The notes under the pieces were generated by a model, which saw nothing but the letters and a program-made list of their open reading frames with translations, was not told the DNA's origin and did no database searches. A DNA stretch of 61,526 bases, filler included, from Choristocarpus tenellus KU-1152 (Eukaryota; Protista; Phaeophyceae): the NCBI GenBank assembly GCA_964200185.2. It is 12 parts of 12 records of this genome, joined end to end, with 100 filler letters (N's around TTAATTAATTAA, not from the genome) between each part and the next. Parts side by side here need not be neighbours in the genome. Positions count along the whole stretch, not along the records: positions 19,890 to 34,209 come from CAXNAD020001227.1; positions 34,310 to 36,813 come from CAXNAD020027252.1; positions 36,914 to 39,614 come from CAXNAD020025519.1; positions 39,715 to 51,097 come from CAXNAD020002349.1; 8 more parts are not named here. The stretch is one strand, 5' to 3'. Both the position numbers and the translations under genes were made by a program. Shown here piece by piece: positions 26,701-39,782 of the stretch; within the stretch, counting starts at the first letter, position 1; each line of letters opens with the position of its first letter.

Positions 26701-29700
26701 TCATACTGATGTATTCATCCTACAAGCAGGTGTCCTGCACTCTCTCTCACTCAATCTTCCTATCATTTGCACATGACAAGCACAATAGGTGGGTGTCTCT
26801 TGCAGTAAGGTTGAATGACAGAGAGTATCTCCTTCCTCCTAAGATCCCTGAATTCCCACAAGTGGAGACAAGCATGAAACATTACAAAGGTGAAGATAAC
26901 AAGGAAAAACAATGCAGGTCTCTGTGATATGGTCTTCCTGAATTGATCGAGAAATCATGCCTAAAATGCAATCTGAGGAAACCTATTCCACCATATCCAC
27001 AAAATTGTTTCAAGTATAACATATCTACTATTGACAGCTAAAATAAATCCACAACAGGTACAAACAATGAACCTACACCCCCTCGTGATATATGCCAAGC
27101 AGAGTAACATATTGCGAAGAGGACACTATCTTCAACAACTGTACAATGCAATGGACTCACCGCTGAATTCCTCACCCAATCCATAACACAGAACAAAAAA
27201 ACAGAAGTACTCCTCTGTCCTAGATAAATAATGAATCTCCTCCCCCTTACCCATCTAACTACTGCAGCTATTTGTCACACCGCTCCCAGTCTCTGACCCA
27301 AAGTATCTGTGGGGGGGGTGGGTAGGTATACCAGGGTGTCCATTTGCACCAAAATCAGGAAAAGTGCATTTACATCATCCATCCGACGTATGCAACCAAA
27401 TCACTCAAAAATCGCAACATTAAAAAAATGATCCCAAATGGACAGCCGCTACCCCCCCCCAGATACTACGAGCCTCTCCTATTTCCCACCTTTCTCCTCT
27501 CATCCAGCAGCACATCTTCTGCCTTGTCCCCAACTAATGCCATTTTCTCCTGCAACCTCTTGCCTTGCCCCCCATCCTCACCCCCTTTAGTCTCATTGCC
27601 TGCCAAATTGCCATCCAAGTTGCTGATAGCAGCGTGGAGATTTGCCGCAAAATCTTCACCCCCAACCCCTCCCCCTCCTCTCCTCCCAGACATTTTCTTG
27701 TTTAAGCGCCGTGCCCTTCGCCGGGTTACTGCAGCATCAGCAAAAGAATCCTCCTGCATCAATTCAGTGCATAGGGAAAACTCGTTGGATTTAGGGGAGA
27801 GACAAGGGTTAGCTTGGAGGGGGGTGATAGTGGGGGGAAGGATCACTAAGAAGGTAAAAGGCAGGCATAGGAAGAGAATAGAAATGGTGTCCAAGTCAAC
27901 AAATTAAAGTAAACTTCTTACTCCATTTATGTTTGCTGTGGCTTAGGACTAACAAAAATGGAGTGGGAACACATGCTTGAGCTGAGGAGGATATGGGAAC
28001 CACAATGTCTGCAGTTCTATTTTTTTTAGGCATTCCTAAAGGGAAAGGGAGTAACCCAACAGGGGGAAAGGTCATACAGGGGAAAGTGCTTTTATCCTTG
28101 ACCTCTAAAAGGGATAACACAAGCCATCTGATAATATGTGCTAAAAGTAGAAATTGCAAAACAAGAACCCCCAGGTACTTGTCAGGAGTCAATGCATTAA
28201 TGTAGACACCACCCCCCTTTGCTTCCGCTCTCTTGATCGCTCCTCTTGCCTTCAATTCTCCCACTGCACCGCCATTGGCATGTGCTGGGGCACGTGCAGG
28301 TTCTGACTCCTTCTCTGTAATGGGTGAGGCCTTAGCTTGGTCATCGCGAATTTCATTTACCGTAAACTCCGCAAAGCCCTCCAATCCGGGGGGAAAACCA
28401 GTGGCTGCACCATTGGGGGGGGTAGAGAGGGGCAGTTCCAGGGTATTAGACGACCTTCCTCGCGCTAGTAAGGACTGTAACTTCCGGTTCCACAAACTTC
28501 CAGGAATGAGCTCTACATTGCTCTGTCAATGATGGTATGAGATACATCAAAAATGGAAGAGGTTGGATGAGAACACAGGATAGGTAATAAGGGGCAAGAA
28601 GAGCAGTGGAGCATGGGAGTTTTCCATAGAAAACTGTATGGCACGATTTGATTGACCACATGCAAATTGAACAAACAGGCGCTGTGCATAAATGAATCCA
28701 CATCTTGCAACAATGACTGACCTTAGCCACACTACAAAAGGAAACAGTTGAATGCACTCAAAATAAAATCCTTCACTATCGCAATGCAATTGGCAAACAA
28801 GGACAACAATCAACACTGAATATAACAAGTTCTCGGATAGGGAGTGGATCAAACCATAGACCCACACAAAACTTGCACGTACCTGCTTTACGAGATATTC
28901 CATCCGCCACAAACACGCAGAACTCTGGGAAGCCTTGAGGAAGGCCCGGGACTACGATCAACAGGTTAGACTGTGGAATAATGCGGTTGCCCTTCACCTG
29001 GGCATGGATAGCAAAGGGTAAGAAATGGAAATGCAAAGGGTGACGCAAGGGTAAGCAAGGTCATTGGAGAGGTAATGTACATGCCGTTACAGCAAAGGCA
29101 CTCACCTTAAGATATGGAGGATGCTTGTTATAGAATATGTCAATAAGCTGGTTGCTATGCATCTCTGGTGTTCTGAGTGATACAATTTTCCACATACTTG
29201 GGGAAAGATGAAGTAGTTGAAAGACAAATTTATCTAATTTCCATCTTAAGTTTCAAGTCACAAAGTAAATCCCCATCCTTGTAGTTAATGCACCAATACA
29301 CTACTGGAACCATAACAATGTAGGAGTTGGCCTTGCAGATCTCAATAAGCATGGTAGGAGTGAGATACTGCAAAGCCAATACTTCACTCACAAGTCATCA
29401 CTTGCGATATCACATGATGTCAGCAGCAAATTTCTGAAGCAGGCTCAATGTACTGCAGGCTGCACCCTCGAAAATATATCCTCCACAAAGTCGTACAAAC
29501 TTGAGATACCATAAAACAAGGGGGATGATACAAGATGGCCATATATAGCCAACCAAAAGACTCATACACACAAGCAGTCAGCCAGCCAACAGAAACGTAG
29601 GAGACTGAGGGACAGACAGAATGTGGAGCCCAGGAATAGCTACGATGCTATTACTCACCTCTACATTGAAGTACCTAACAAAATGCTTTGGAATGTCTCC

Positions 29701-30050
29701 ATCATCTTTCCTCTTTTCCATTCCTTTTACAAAAGTCGGGGAGAGTCGTTCCATGCCTGAGCGGGCACACCACTTGGAAAACTCATTCCAAATCAGTGGT
29801 GGTTGCGAAGGGGCCTTCACCTTCCCTGGCGGGGCTTCAGCAGCCTTCTTCTTTGCTCCAGGTTTTCCCCCTGTGTTTGTATCCATTTTCATGCCAGCAG
29901 GAGCTGGTGGTGCCACTGGAGGCGGTGAGGCCTCACCATCATCTATATCGTCATCATCTGTATCTGAACCTGTATCAGAGGTCAATTCTGGGGGGCCATC
30001 ATCGACCTCATCATCATCGCTGCTTTCGTTCTCTGAGTCGCCATCACTAC
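23760..30050 (-). CDS. Multi-exon TPR-containing protein (partial model; may extend to ~21294)
   Basis: Splice-bounded exons at about 30050-29659, 29170-29106, 28970-28883, 28512-28208, 27780-27491, 26659-26510, 25896-25702, 24762-24679, 23840-23760; TPR-like LYVALCNRSIANYTLGNLHNGK and LERAIIYRRRADRV. Confidence 0.6.
27295..27474 (+). mobile_element. MITE family 1 (180 bp), intronic, TSD TCT (or CTCT)
   Basis: GACCCAAAGTATCTG ... CAGATACTACGAGCC. Confidence 0.9.
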
Positions 30051-30418
30051 CTGGGCAGTAACAGTGCAGGAGGTGTTCGATTAGACAACTGGAAACAGGA
30101 GTACCATTCGGTGATGGCAACACACAGAAGGCTTCACCAGCCAGCAATAGGGTATTCAAGAGTTGAATTAAGCTTTGCGCGCCGTAAGTATTATTCATTC
30201 CTGGCTGGAAGGTATAAGTTGGGGGGGAGAGTGGCAATGCAACTGGCACGTCCACCAAGAAAATGCAGGATTAATCAATCCACAAGTAGCATCCCCAGCA
30301 AAACGAAATCCAGTATTCAAAACACCGTTTCAAGAGGTGTAGTCAAGACCTAACGACAGCCCGCCCAAGCCCGTTCCTTGCTATGTTGTCCCTGGCAATC
30401 ACCACTGTAACTTGGCGA

Positions 30419-30907
30419 TGTTAGTTATTCGTCTCGAATCATAAAAGACAGAAGAGGCCTAAAGGAGAAGCAAGTTGCACCAGCGACTTCCGCGACCTCG
30501 AGTCAACCTAGATATCTCCTCGTGCAGTAAATTAACGAACCCATAAATAAATGATAAAGTAAATTAGATCAATCCAAGTGTGGCCCAGTGGAGGCAGCAC
30601 CAAGGCAAGAGAGGCAGTCTTTCTTCCCCTATCTTCCCTCGAGATTTCTGTACTCACTCTCGTCAGACGAATCATCACAAAGATTTGGCATGGCATCGCT
30701 CACGTGGCGTGACTTCCCTGCCACCTTGGTGTTGGCCTTGCGCCGCTGTGTGACATCGACAATGAGACAGAGGAAGAGCGAAAGATCAGTACGATGTCAC
30801 CCTTAAGTGGAACAGGCCGGCAAACTAGTGAGAGTAAGGTAAGCACACCACCAGACACATACCCTTGAAGGAATTGAATAGAGACAGACAACGCTCTTCA
30901 GCTAACA
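30419..30907 (-). mobile_element. Candidate LTR (copia-like) with adjacent polypurine tract
   Basis: Termini TGTTAG...CTAACA; on the minus strand GGGGGGAG immediately precedes TGTTAGC. Confidence 0.55.
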
Positions 30908-31309
30908 CTCCCCCCTGTGTTTCAAGGGGGATCGCAAACTCATGCTGGATACAACTATTGATGATTTGTGGTGCATACTTTGCACTCCATCAGTATTCAG
31001 TTTGGTTGAGTAGTACCACGTACTCACAGTAGCCATCAATCCTGCCAACAGCTAGAGTCAGAGAATAGCTCAGATGCTAATCTGGCTTCTCTATAGTCAA
31101 GCGAAACACTGATTTCTGTGGAGTATTGATACTATTGCTACTGTACTATTGTACTATCTATTAAAGGGATATATATGTACTTAGAGGTGATGTCTATCGA
31201 TCCGCGCGCATTGTTGGAGGGTGGGTACACACAACGTTGACTTTTTTTTTAGTTCATATTTTTATATTTTGGCATCAAGTTTATAAAGACGAGGACTGAT
31301 GTGGAAACC

Positions 31310-31930
31310 GTTATTGTAGTATGCCATACTTTTCCACCAGCAACGGTGTAGCTGCTGCTGCGGCTGAAATGAGAAAGAGCACCCACTACGAAGGTTCTTT
31401 TGACCCTCGTGGTTTTAACCTCGGTTTGTTCGTGGTGGAAAGTTTTGGCCGCCTCAATAAGTACGCAGAACGTTTTCTGGATGAGTTGGCTACACACGTA
31501 GTAAGGGGGAGAGTGGGCTAAAAATATCTGGGGGGGATTGCGGCTGTCCATTTCAGGTCAGTTTTTTCGTGTTGCAATTTTGAATGATTTGATTGCATAC
31601 GTCGGATGGATAATGTAGGCGCACTTTTCCTGGTTTTGGCATAAATGAACATCCTAGCATAGACCCCCCCCCCACACACACAGATACTTTAGGGTCAGGG
31701 GCGGGAGGTTATAGCAAGAAAGGGGCTGTCAAATCCCGCTTACAACAGATAGTGCATGTCACCACACAAATGACTCTCTCAAGGGGTATCATGCGTTTCA
31801 AACTGGAGACATCAGGCAGGTGGGCAAGGAGGGGTCTATGAGATTCTTGGGATGCTTCCCTAGCTCCTCGCCTAGTTGTGTAGGGCCAAGCTAGGTTGGA
31901 AGCATAGTAGTAGTGTACACATAATATTAT
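31310..31930 (+). mobile_element. 3' end of a CRE-like LINE (RLE endonuclease), interrupted by a MITE
   Basis: AAAAAEMRKSTHYEGSFDPRGFNLGLFVVESFGRLNKYAERFLDELA fits the RLE motif AE..K..Y...F.vE.fG...A..FL..LA. Confidence 0.75.
31516..31696 (-). mobile_element. MITE family 1 copy, imperfect TSD AGTG/AGGG
   Basis: GGCTAAAAATATCTG...CAGATACTTTAGGGTC; the empty site is seen in the paralogous LINE at ~10485. Confidence 0.88.
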
Positions 31931-31949
31931 GATTACAAATCTTTTAGGG

Positions 31950-33640
31950 AGTGCTGTATATTCATGAACTTACTCGTTTTGCAACTTCCCTTGATGACAC
32001 CACATTGCCTGTTGAAACTTTTGTGATTCCCCAACTTGGTCCAGACAAGATTCTGTTTGGTACTAGTGTCATGCAGGCCTTCGGTGTAATCCTTGAATGG
32101 CAAAACAATGTCTCTCGCTCCAAAGCAACTTGTGTACCATTGCAGCAAGACATCACACGACAAGGAGTACCACACAACAAGTGCATGATGCTAGTGCTAC
32201 TCCTTCATGCTCTGTGGTGAGTGTGCACAACATGATTTTGACCCTCTATCTGTCTGTTTAAATACGCACTACAACATACTACCTGGTCATGAAATCATTG
32301 TATGTTGCACAACTGCTGGCATTCCGCCCCTTGATACTGCTGTTACAGTGGAGCCAATTATACAACCCATGCCTGATGTAGACTAGCACAGTGAACCATA
32401 AAATATATGGAACTGTATTGTCGTTGCAAAATACATGAACGACCACCAATGCAATCAACTGTATGGGTGCAGTCTATCTAAAATTCCTCGTGGTCAGGAC
32501 TAACACTGATACTGCAGGCATCCTGCACAGAAGAATCGAAGACCACTACCACTAATAAGAGTACTTTACGTGTGTGTATGTGTGTGTTTGTGTTTGTGCA
32601 GTCATAGTAGTAGTAGTAGTAGTAGTAGTAGTACGCACGACAAGACACCCCACACATCAAGATACGGTCGGTATGCTGTCATTGCACCAGTCAAGCTCCC
32701 TCACCTAGGAGGAATAATTTTTCAACCCGACACCAGACCCATCGACAGAAGCACGATTATCGTTTCAATTGCCCAGTCTAATCTCCATGGCCTCGATACT
32801 TAGTCAGACTAAATTAGTAACGGCTCAATTGGCAGACCCAACCGCCCGTAGGGTTCGTATGAAGAAAGACCTTGTGATTGGCCACGTGAACCTAATTTTT
32901 GATCAGATGCCCCTCACTGTTAGTGCTGCTCTGAATACTGATTCTGCTTCGTTCAGCGAAGCTAGGGAAGAAATACATTACGCTTTTAATAAGACAAACG
33001 CTGTCAATGATAACACGTTCAATCAGTCACAAGTGTATCAACATTTAGACCTGTGTGCTAGTTACAGAACGGTATTTTCGTTGAATGCCGCAGAACTGGG
33101 CAGATGTACTCTATCTGAAAGAAAAATTTGTATAGAGTGTGTTACCAAGCATGTTGATAGGGACCCATACAGAGCGAACCTCCGTACTCAAGAAGTGATT
33201 AACTCGTGTATTAACACCATGGAACAGCATGGCATCATTGATAACATGCCAGCCCTTGGGGTAACCCTTTTGCCATCGTTACCAAATCTTAAGCCTCTCT
33301 ACATTTCTGTGTGCAGACTACTACTCACCTGTTACCAAACAACTTTTTAGATAGGCTTGGCCTATGCCTGATATGGAACCACATATGGATACCATAGGCG
33401 GTGCCAAATTTGTCACTGTTTGTGGTGTTCAGAGTGCGTATTGGCAAATTCCAGTTTGTGAAGCTGGTATTGATAAGACTGCACTTGTTGCTTCTAGAGC
33501 CAAATATATGTTCTCAAGAGGACGCCGTTTGGGGTATCATGACGTTAACCTTTGTCAACTTTGGCTTACTTGGAGGTTTGCTAGTTTCCATGGATGACTT
33601 CATTATTTGTCCCCCCAATGTGTGTGTCCGACAATAGTTA
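31950..33640 (+). mobile_element. Ty3/gypsy pol relic (protease region to reverse transcriptase)
   Basis: PVETFVIPQLGPDKILFG; VFSLNAAELGRC...DRDPYRAN...MEQHGII; MPDMEPHMDTIGGAKFVT..VQSAYWQIPV..IDKTAL; LVSMDDFII (YxDD). Confidence 0.88.
32604..32633. repeat. (TAG)n microsatellite
   Basis: About 10 units. Confidence 0.9.
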
Positions 33641-34428
33641 GAGGTATCCTTTACTTTGAGCATATAAATAGATATTGATCTCCTCCAGTATGCACAGGTT
33701 TTTCCGACTTCATTAACTCAGGTATGCTCCGATGCACCCCAGAGCTGCTCCTCGTCACCGCAAACATCTATCAATACAGTGCCTACTGGACAGTTGCCAT
33801 ACCACTCGGATCCCACGTGTGGTTTTCATGAGGCCCAACAACACGCATATGATCTTATACTCCAATCATCTACGATGCAGCCCTGGAGATGTCCACTACC
33901 CCAGTCTTACCAGTCTTGCACAGGCAGCAGCCCTTGCCAACAACCTGCTTTGCAGGATATCTTCCCTGTGAAGGTTATCAGGGTCTCCTCCTTGGAAAAT
34001 AGATAGGCCTCCCCTTCAAGGAGACGGTCCCTTGACTCCTTTGAGAGTCACTTAGCTCTAACCCTTTCACAAGCGAGCACAGGGTTATCAAGGTCTGCCA
34101 TTGCAGAAAGCAACTCAGACGAAGCTGGCCCTGCTGATGTCTTCCCCACTTCGCAACAGGTGTGGTGGCAATTCTTCTTTCTTCACAGATCTGTGAAAGT
34201 ATCTGGGGGNNNNNNNNNNNNNNNNNNNNNNNNNNNNNNNNNNNNNNNNNNNNTTAATTAATTAANNNNNNNNNNNNNNNNNNNNNNNNNNNNNNNNNNN
34301 NNNNNNNNNCTATACGTACATCAGTATCATCTATATGACCGTAGATTGGAGCTATACATCCTGTGGAGGTGAGCTCTGAGGGGCGCCTGTAACACACATA
34401 GGTAGCCTTACAGAGTAAATTATGATTT

Positions 34429-34816
34429 CATGTAAGATACAGAGTAAGATTCGGAACGCATATGTAACATTACAGAAGAAAATGTCAAAGTCCCTAAGGA
34501 GTTGCAGAAGAAAGGCTTATGGTTGGAGTACTTGTAGAACAGTTGCATAGAAGACCAAAGAAATTGGGTGGATGATGAAAATAACAAGAGGGATTTTGGC
34601 CAAAGCCATCCCACTTGCCTCCAGTCTTTATCTTTATCTTGAACGAAACTTTCAGTCGAGCTTTTAGCTAAGCATTGAGTGGAATATCAACAAGAGAAGG
34701 ACACCTGACATCCTACAAATTGTTGTAAAGGGCAACGCCCCCATAGCGTCGTTTTAAGATCGTTGGATTTGAGTTGTACATCCTGTGGAGGTGAGTTCTG
34801 AGGGGCGCCTGTAACA
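34429..34816 (-). mobile_element. Candidate solo LTR; related 5' ends at 34394 (-) and 36757 (+)
   Basis: TGTTACAGGCGCCCCTCAGA... present in three copies; far end TTACA; GATTT flanks both sides (2-nt offset on one side). Confidence 0.5.
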
Positions 34817-35222
34817 GATTTTTTCTTGAGAGGCAAGATTTAATTTGTATATCATTCTCCGTTGCATCAATGTTTTTAATGAAGCCCTCACACTCTATTG
34901 ACTACGATGAGTTAGTTGGAAAGATCAAGATCCTGGCGTTCCATAGTAACACTTTATCGTCTGTAGGGGGGGGGGTCCTAGCAGTTGCACAGTGACACCT
35001 AGGAGTTATGTCGTCTATTTAGGGTTGTCAATTTGGACATGGAATAATCTCGACTTGATTACGTCCAATGAAGCAACAGATTGCTCCATGTGGTAGCTGG
35101 AAACCTTGAAATCCAGGCTATGTGGGGATTTCCCTCTGTTCAAGGTCATTCACGAGATATATATGTGATCCCACTCGGGGGTATATCAAAATTGGGGTTC
35201 TGAGGGTTTTGTGACAGGATGG

Positions 35223-35410
35223 GACCCAAAGTATCTGTGGGGAGAGGGGGGGGGGGGTTCTACACCAGGGCGTCCATTTTGGACCAAAATCAGGAAAGGT
35301 GCATTTACATTATCCATCCGACACACATGCAACCAAATCACCCAAAAATCGCGACATGAAAAAATTGACCCATAAGGACAGCCGCCACACACCCCCAGAT
35401 ACTTTGAACA
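35223..35410 (+). mobile_element. MITE family 1 (188 bp), 4-bp TSD ATGG
   Basis: ATGG|GACCCAAAGTATCTG...CAGATACTTTGAACA|ATGG. Confidence 0.92.
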
Positions 35411-36104
35411 ATGGTTTCGCAAGCTCACCCTCACATTTTTTATTTCCCAGGGGACAAGGAGAGAGAGAAGCATGGAGTGTTGGCGGGAAGGCATGGAGAT
35501 ACTCAATATATATGGTAGGCAGGAGAGCAACAAGAAATGGAATAGAACTGTTTCTCTGCATTTGAGGAGGGTTAGGTTTAGGAGCGAGTCAAGGGATGTT
35601 TGTAGCAAACATTTGTAGGCGTGCAGAACAGATGGACTTTGTGTACGAATAGAAAGTGCGCAAATCGCTTCACCTGAAGTGTATGTTTCGAAATATGCGA
35701 TTGGTCTTGCCAATATATTGTTCAAACGAAGGGGGTCCTAATTACAGACAAACAAAGCTCGAGGGACAAATAATGGATACACAACAAATAGTGTGCATTT
35801 GCTGACCATCTTCGATCTATTGCAACTAGGGCAGAATGATCGTGGAAGTTCCCTGTATAACGTTGGTTGTTCATCAAGGAGTCGGAATAATTTTTCTCTG
35901 CAACCTACGTCGTTCAGCTTGCACTTGGACACATATTTGCTTTGTATTATCGTCCGTTATCAGAACAACTGTGACTGGGTCAGTCATCTGTTCAAATATA
36001 ATCCTTCAAAAATATTGGAGATCACTGATAGTATACATGTAGAGTCAGAATACAACAGCATTTAGTTGTGTGTACCCAGAACTGTTTTTGTGTGTGAACA
36101 GATA

Positions 36105-36756
36105 CAGTGTTGGCAGTCGCCTGCTGCATCAACTTTGTTGTGCTTTTTTAAAGTTTTGATCAACAACGATATCTTTAATGAAAAATCGTTTGCTGTGGTC
36201 ACATCAGCATGCTTAACCTCATTCGATGAATATCGGTTGATCAACTTGCAGTAATCGTGAGAAACACAGGACCATACTTAATTAAAGTAGTCCGCCCGCG
36301 ATTCGGGCGGAAATTTCGCGCGTTGCGCGCGAACCATGCATTTGAGGACGATTTTGACGCCAGAAGAGCCAATTTTCACCCGGAGAACATAGGCGTTGTT
36401 GTCTCTCCTTCCTCTTTCCATTATTTCCCGCTTATGCGATGTTGTCACCTGCTGACTAAGGCTCACTCATGGGGGCCCAAGGCCTCTGAACTAGACTAGA
36501 CAATCCATGCCAAGTCAAATGAGGTATTCTGAAGGTGCAGACCTTCTGTGAGACTTAAATGTCTTGTACACCCTGTCCAATTTGGTGCACCCCATGCCTT
36601 TCTCGTTGGGATATATCAGGTGGTAAATACTATTCATCCTGAAGAACCTTTCCACAATTACTCTGGACAACTCTCCTTCCTCCTTAAGATTGACAGGAAT
36701 GTTGGCTCTCATTCCAGGCAAAGTGTACATAGTGCTTCGACCGCTCCCGGACCTTC
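36105..36756 (-). mobile_element. Dispersed repeat with a degenerate ORF (probable DNA transposon); second copy at 60450-61095
   Basis: Long homology between the two copies; MRANIPVNLKEEGELSRVIVERFFR in both. Confidence 0.65.
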
Positions 36757-37573
36757 TGTTACAGGCGCTCCTCAATGCTCACCTTCCAGGATGTACAACT
36801 CAAATCCAACGACNNNNNNNNNNNNNNNNNNNNNNNNNNNNNNNNNNNNNNNNNNNNTTAATTAATTAANNNNNNNNNNNNNNNNNNNNNNNNNNNNNNN
36901 NNNNNNNNNNNNNGAGCCGTGAGTGTGCCTCCTGTGTTCGTAATTACAGCTGAAATGGCTTGTACCGAAAAAAATAGTTGATGCTTGGTAGGATTGGTGG
37001 TGGGTCTTCGTCATCATCATGAGCGACAGAGTTGCCTTCCCTACAATAAACGATGCTGTTTTTATCAGTTCTAGTGTCTTTCGTTGCTCATAGCGGGAAT
37101 AGCCAAATCGTTACCTTCAACTGTAGACAGCAATATTGGTCAATCTCCACCTCGTTTTTGCCTCTAACACGCGTCACTGAAAAAACCTACAGACAGGCTG
37201 GCGTCCTCGACATGGACTTCTTTCAAACTATTTCGCCCCACAAGCCGCCTCCATTAAACACGTTCACAACGTAAACTGTATCGTTTGCTCTGTTCGACTG
37301 ACATGCTATCGTACTTCCATTACACTCTCCCATTTTTGACGTCACAATCGTCCCCTCCTCTCCTCAACAACGTCCTCTGCCGTGTCCACCACCAGATTCT
37401 CGACTCTACGCGCTTACCTCACCACCTGGGATGGGAAATACCAGGATGTACTCAACCAGGTAAACCTCCACCGGGTTCACAGCGGGCGGGGCAGTGATGG
37501 CGGCGGCGCAGAAGTTGAGAGCAACAACGGATCGGCATCACATGGCGCTGAGAAAGAAGACGAGGGAAGGTGT

Positions 37574-37630
37574 GAACACAAAGGAGGGGACGAACACAAA
37601 GGAGGGGACGAAGACAAGGGAGGGGACGGA
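37574..37630 (+). repeat. 18-bp tandem repeat x3 (EHKGGD)
   Basis: GAACACAAAGGAGGGGAC units. Confidence 0.85.
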
Positions 37631-39714
37631 CTACCAGATGGAGGATATGGGCAAAGGGGGTTCTGTCGGCAGTGTTCCTGGTGCAGAAGAAGAACAAAAC
37701 GGCCATAGAGGGTGGAACGCGGACGTTTGCTGTACTGAATGCGATCCTCCACCTACATCTCGGTAAGTAATGTAGTTGTAACGGTGCACACGAGGATGGC
37801 GGGTAATTAATGGCATAACATTGGTTTCCATCCAATCCCCCGAATGGCTAACTACATTGTATCTTTTCAACGGCGCACGCCATTGAGTTGGTGGAACTTG
37901 CGGGGTCCCTCCGTGTGTGACGCTGCAGTCGCTACCTCCACGTCTCTTTATTTGCCACAGTCGGATTGTGTGTTAATGCATGTACATCATCGACTGTTGT
38001 ATCTCACCTGTACTACTTTGTGCTGTTTTGCGCCGCCAATTTCATGGTCCTTCATAGCCGTGGATTCCCACGTTGTGTTGTTGCGCCCAATTAATGATTT
38101 GGAAAAATACTATCTTGTCTCTTTAACACTCTCGTTCGATGTCAAGCGCGACAGGTAGTCATGCCCAAAGTGCTCCATCACGCATGTAGGCGAATGTGCC
38201 TACGTGGAGATTGTAGGCGACGAGAGGCACAAGGATCGATTACGTATCAATTGCCACATGTCACAGGAGGGCAGTGAAGGGTCTGGATCGGTGGGGAACG
38301 AAGCGGCGGGTCGGGGCAGGGGCAAGGGCAAGGGTAAGGGTAGGCGGGTCACCCACGACGCAAAGCCTTTTACGTCCCCCCTCACGCAGCGAAACGGCGG
38401 ACATGGAGAAGTGCATATGGGTCTCGGTGTGGTTGCATATTTTACGGACATACAAGTCGTCCCTGCGTGTTTGGTTTCGCGTTGGTTTGCATGTAGGTCT
38501 TGGCTGCTTGTACATCATGTGGATTGCTCGTCCTTTGTGCGTTGGATATATCGTTTTTTTGGAGGTTTCCATGGGCCATGGAACTTAGTCTTTTGACGTC
38601 TACCCTCCTTCCACGAGATGTATCTGATGGGTCTGGCGTTGCGGAGGGTACGGCTTGACATTTTGGGGATGCCGTGGCAATATTGTCAGGACCTCACTTA
38701 ATGATAAGATTGCCTGCACCGTTCCTTACAACGCTGTCCTTCTTGTCGTGCTGTCTGTCTACTGTGTCGTGTGTCATGATGTCCAAGCAGGAGTGAGAAC
38801 ACTGCACTTCACGACCTTCGCCCTCTCGACCCTACGGTACCCTTAGACGACCTGAAAGATTTCACCTTCCGCAATGCACCAAAGCTCGCCATAGTCTCCA
38901 TTGCCGCCAAGCCAAGACTCCTCAACGACGAAGAAGCGACCAACACACACTTGCGCCAGGTGCTTAAGTGCTTGCAGGAGAAGATACATCCTCAGGGCAC
39001 CATCGCACTATTTGTGCCCCACCAGTGGGCCGCGCAATTACACCGCCTAAACAGTGAGTTGCAGAGTTCACCAGCGTTGGAATACGGGGTATATTGCGGG
39101 AGACTATTGCGATCCGCCATGGCCATTATCAGTCCGTCCGTGTGTCCATCGAATATTGTGCGGTCATTCAGAAGAGGCGGATTATGTCGTGTTCTTCCCC
39201 ATGTTGTTTCATGTTCTTCGTACCTTCTATCTCCTTTTGTGTCTCTTGCTCTTTCCCCCGGGTCCTTCGTAGTTCCTTTTTTCATTGTCCGCGAATCGCA
39301 TGCTGGTGTTACTTGTCTTCACTACATTATTTTTGACGCCGTTCCTTCTATTACAGAATTTCCTATTGTTTGAATTTTTTGCATTTGTTATTTGCCTTGC
39401 GTTCCAAACTCATTGTACTATTATAATGTTAGTGGTATGAGATTTCAGGAATCCCTACAATAACTACTTGTGTGATGTCACTGTCAAGTTTGACGCATGC
39501 CAGACCCACGCGCTCGCTCACGCCTTCTCTTCATTCAGAGGCTCTTATGGCGTGGAACGTGGGCTTGGTTGTGGAAGATCATCCCCTCATCCTAGCATAC
39601 AAGACGAGGGGCGGNNNNNNNNNNNNNNNNNNNNNNNNNNNNNNNNNNNNNNNNNNNNTTAATTAATTAANNNNNNNNNNNNNNNNNNNNNNNNNNNNNN
39701 NNNNNNNNNNNNNN

Positions 39715-39757
39715 ACCCCCAAATGGACGCGGCTCTACCCTCTAAGATACTTTGGCT
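39715..39757 (+). mobile_element. MITE family 2 right end at contig start
   Basis: CCCCAAATGGACGCGGCTCTACCCTCTAAGATACTTTGGCTC. Confidence 0.88.
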
Positions 39758-39782
39758 CATACACATACTTGAGAGTACTCAC

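Noticed and set aside
29621-30353. Plus-strand ORFs of 146 and 221 aa (likewise 59227-59817)
   Set aside because: Antisense shadows of minus-strand exons
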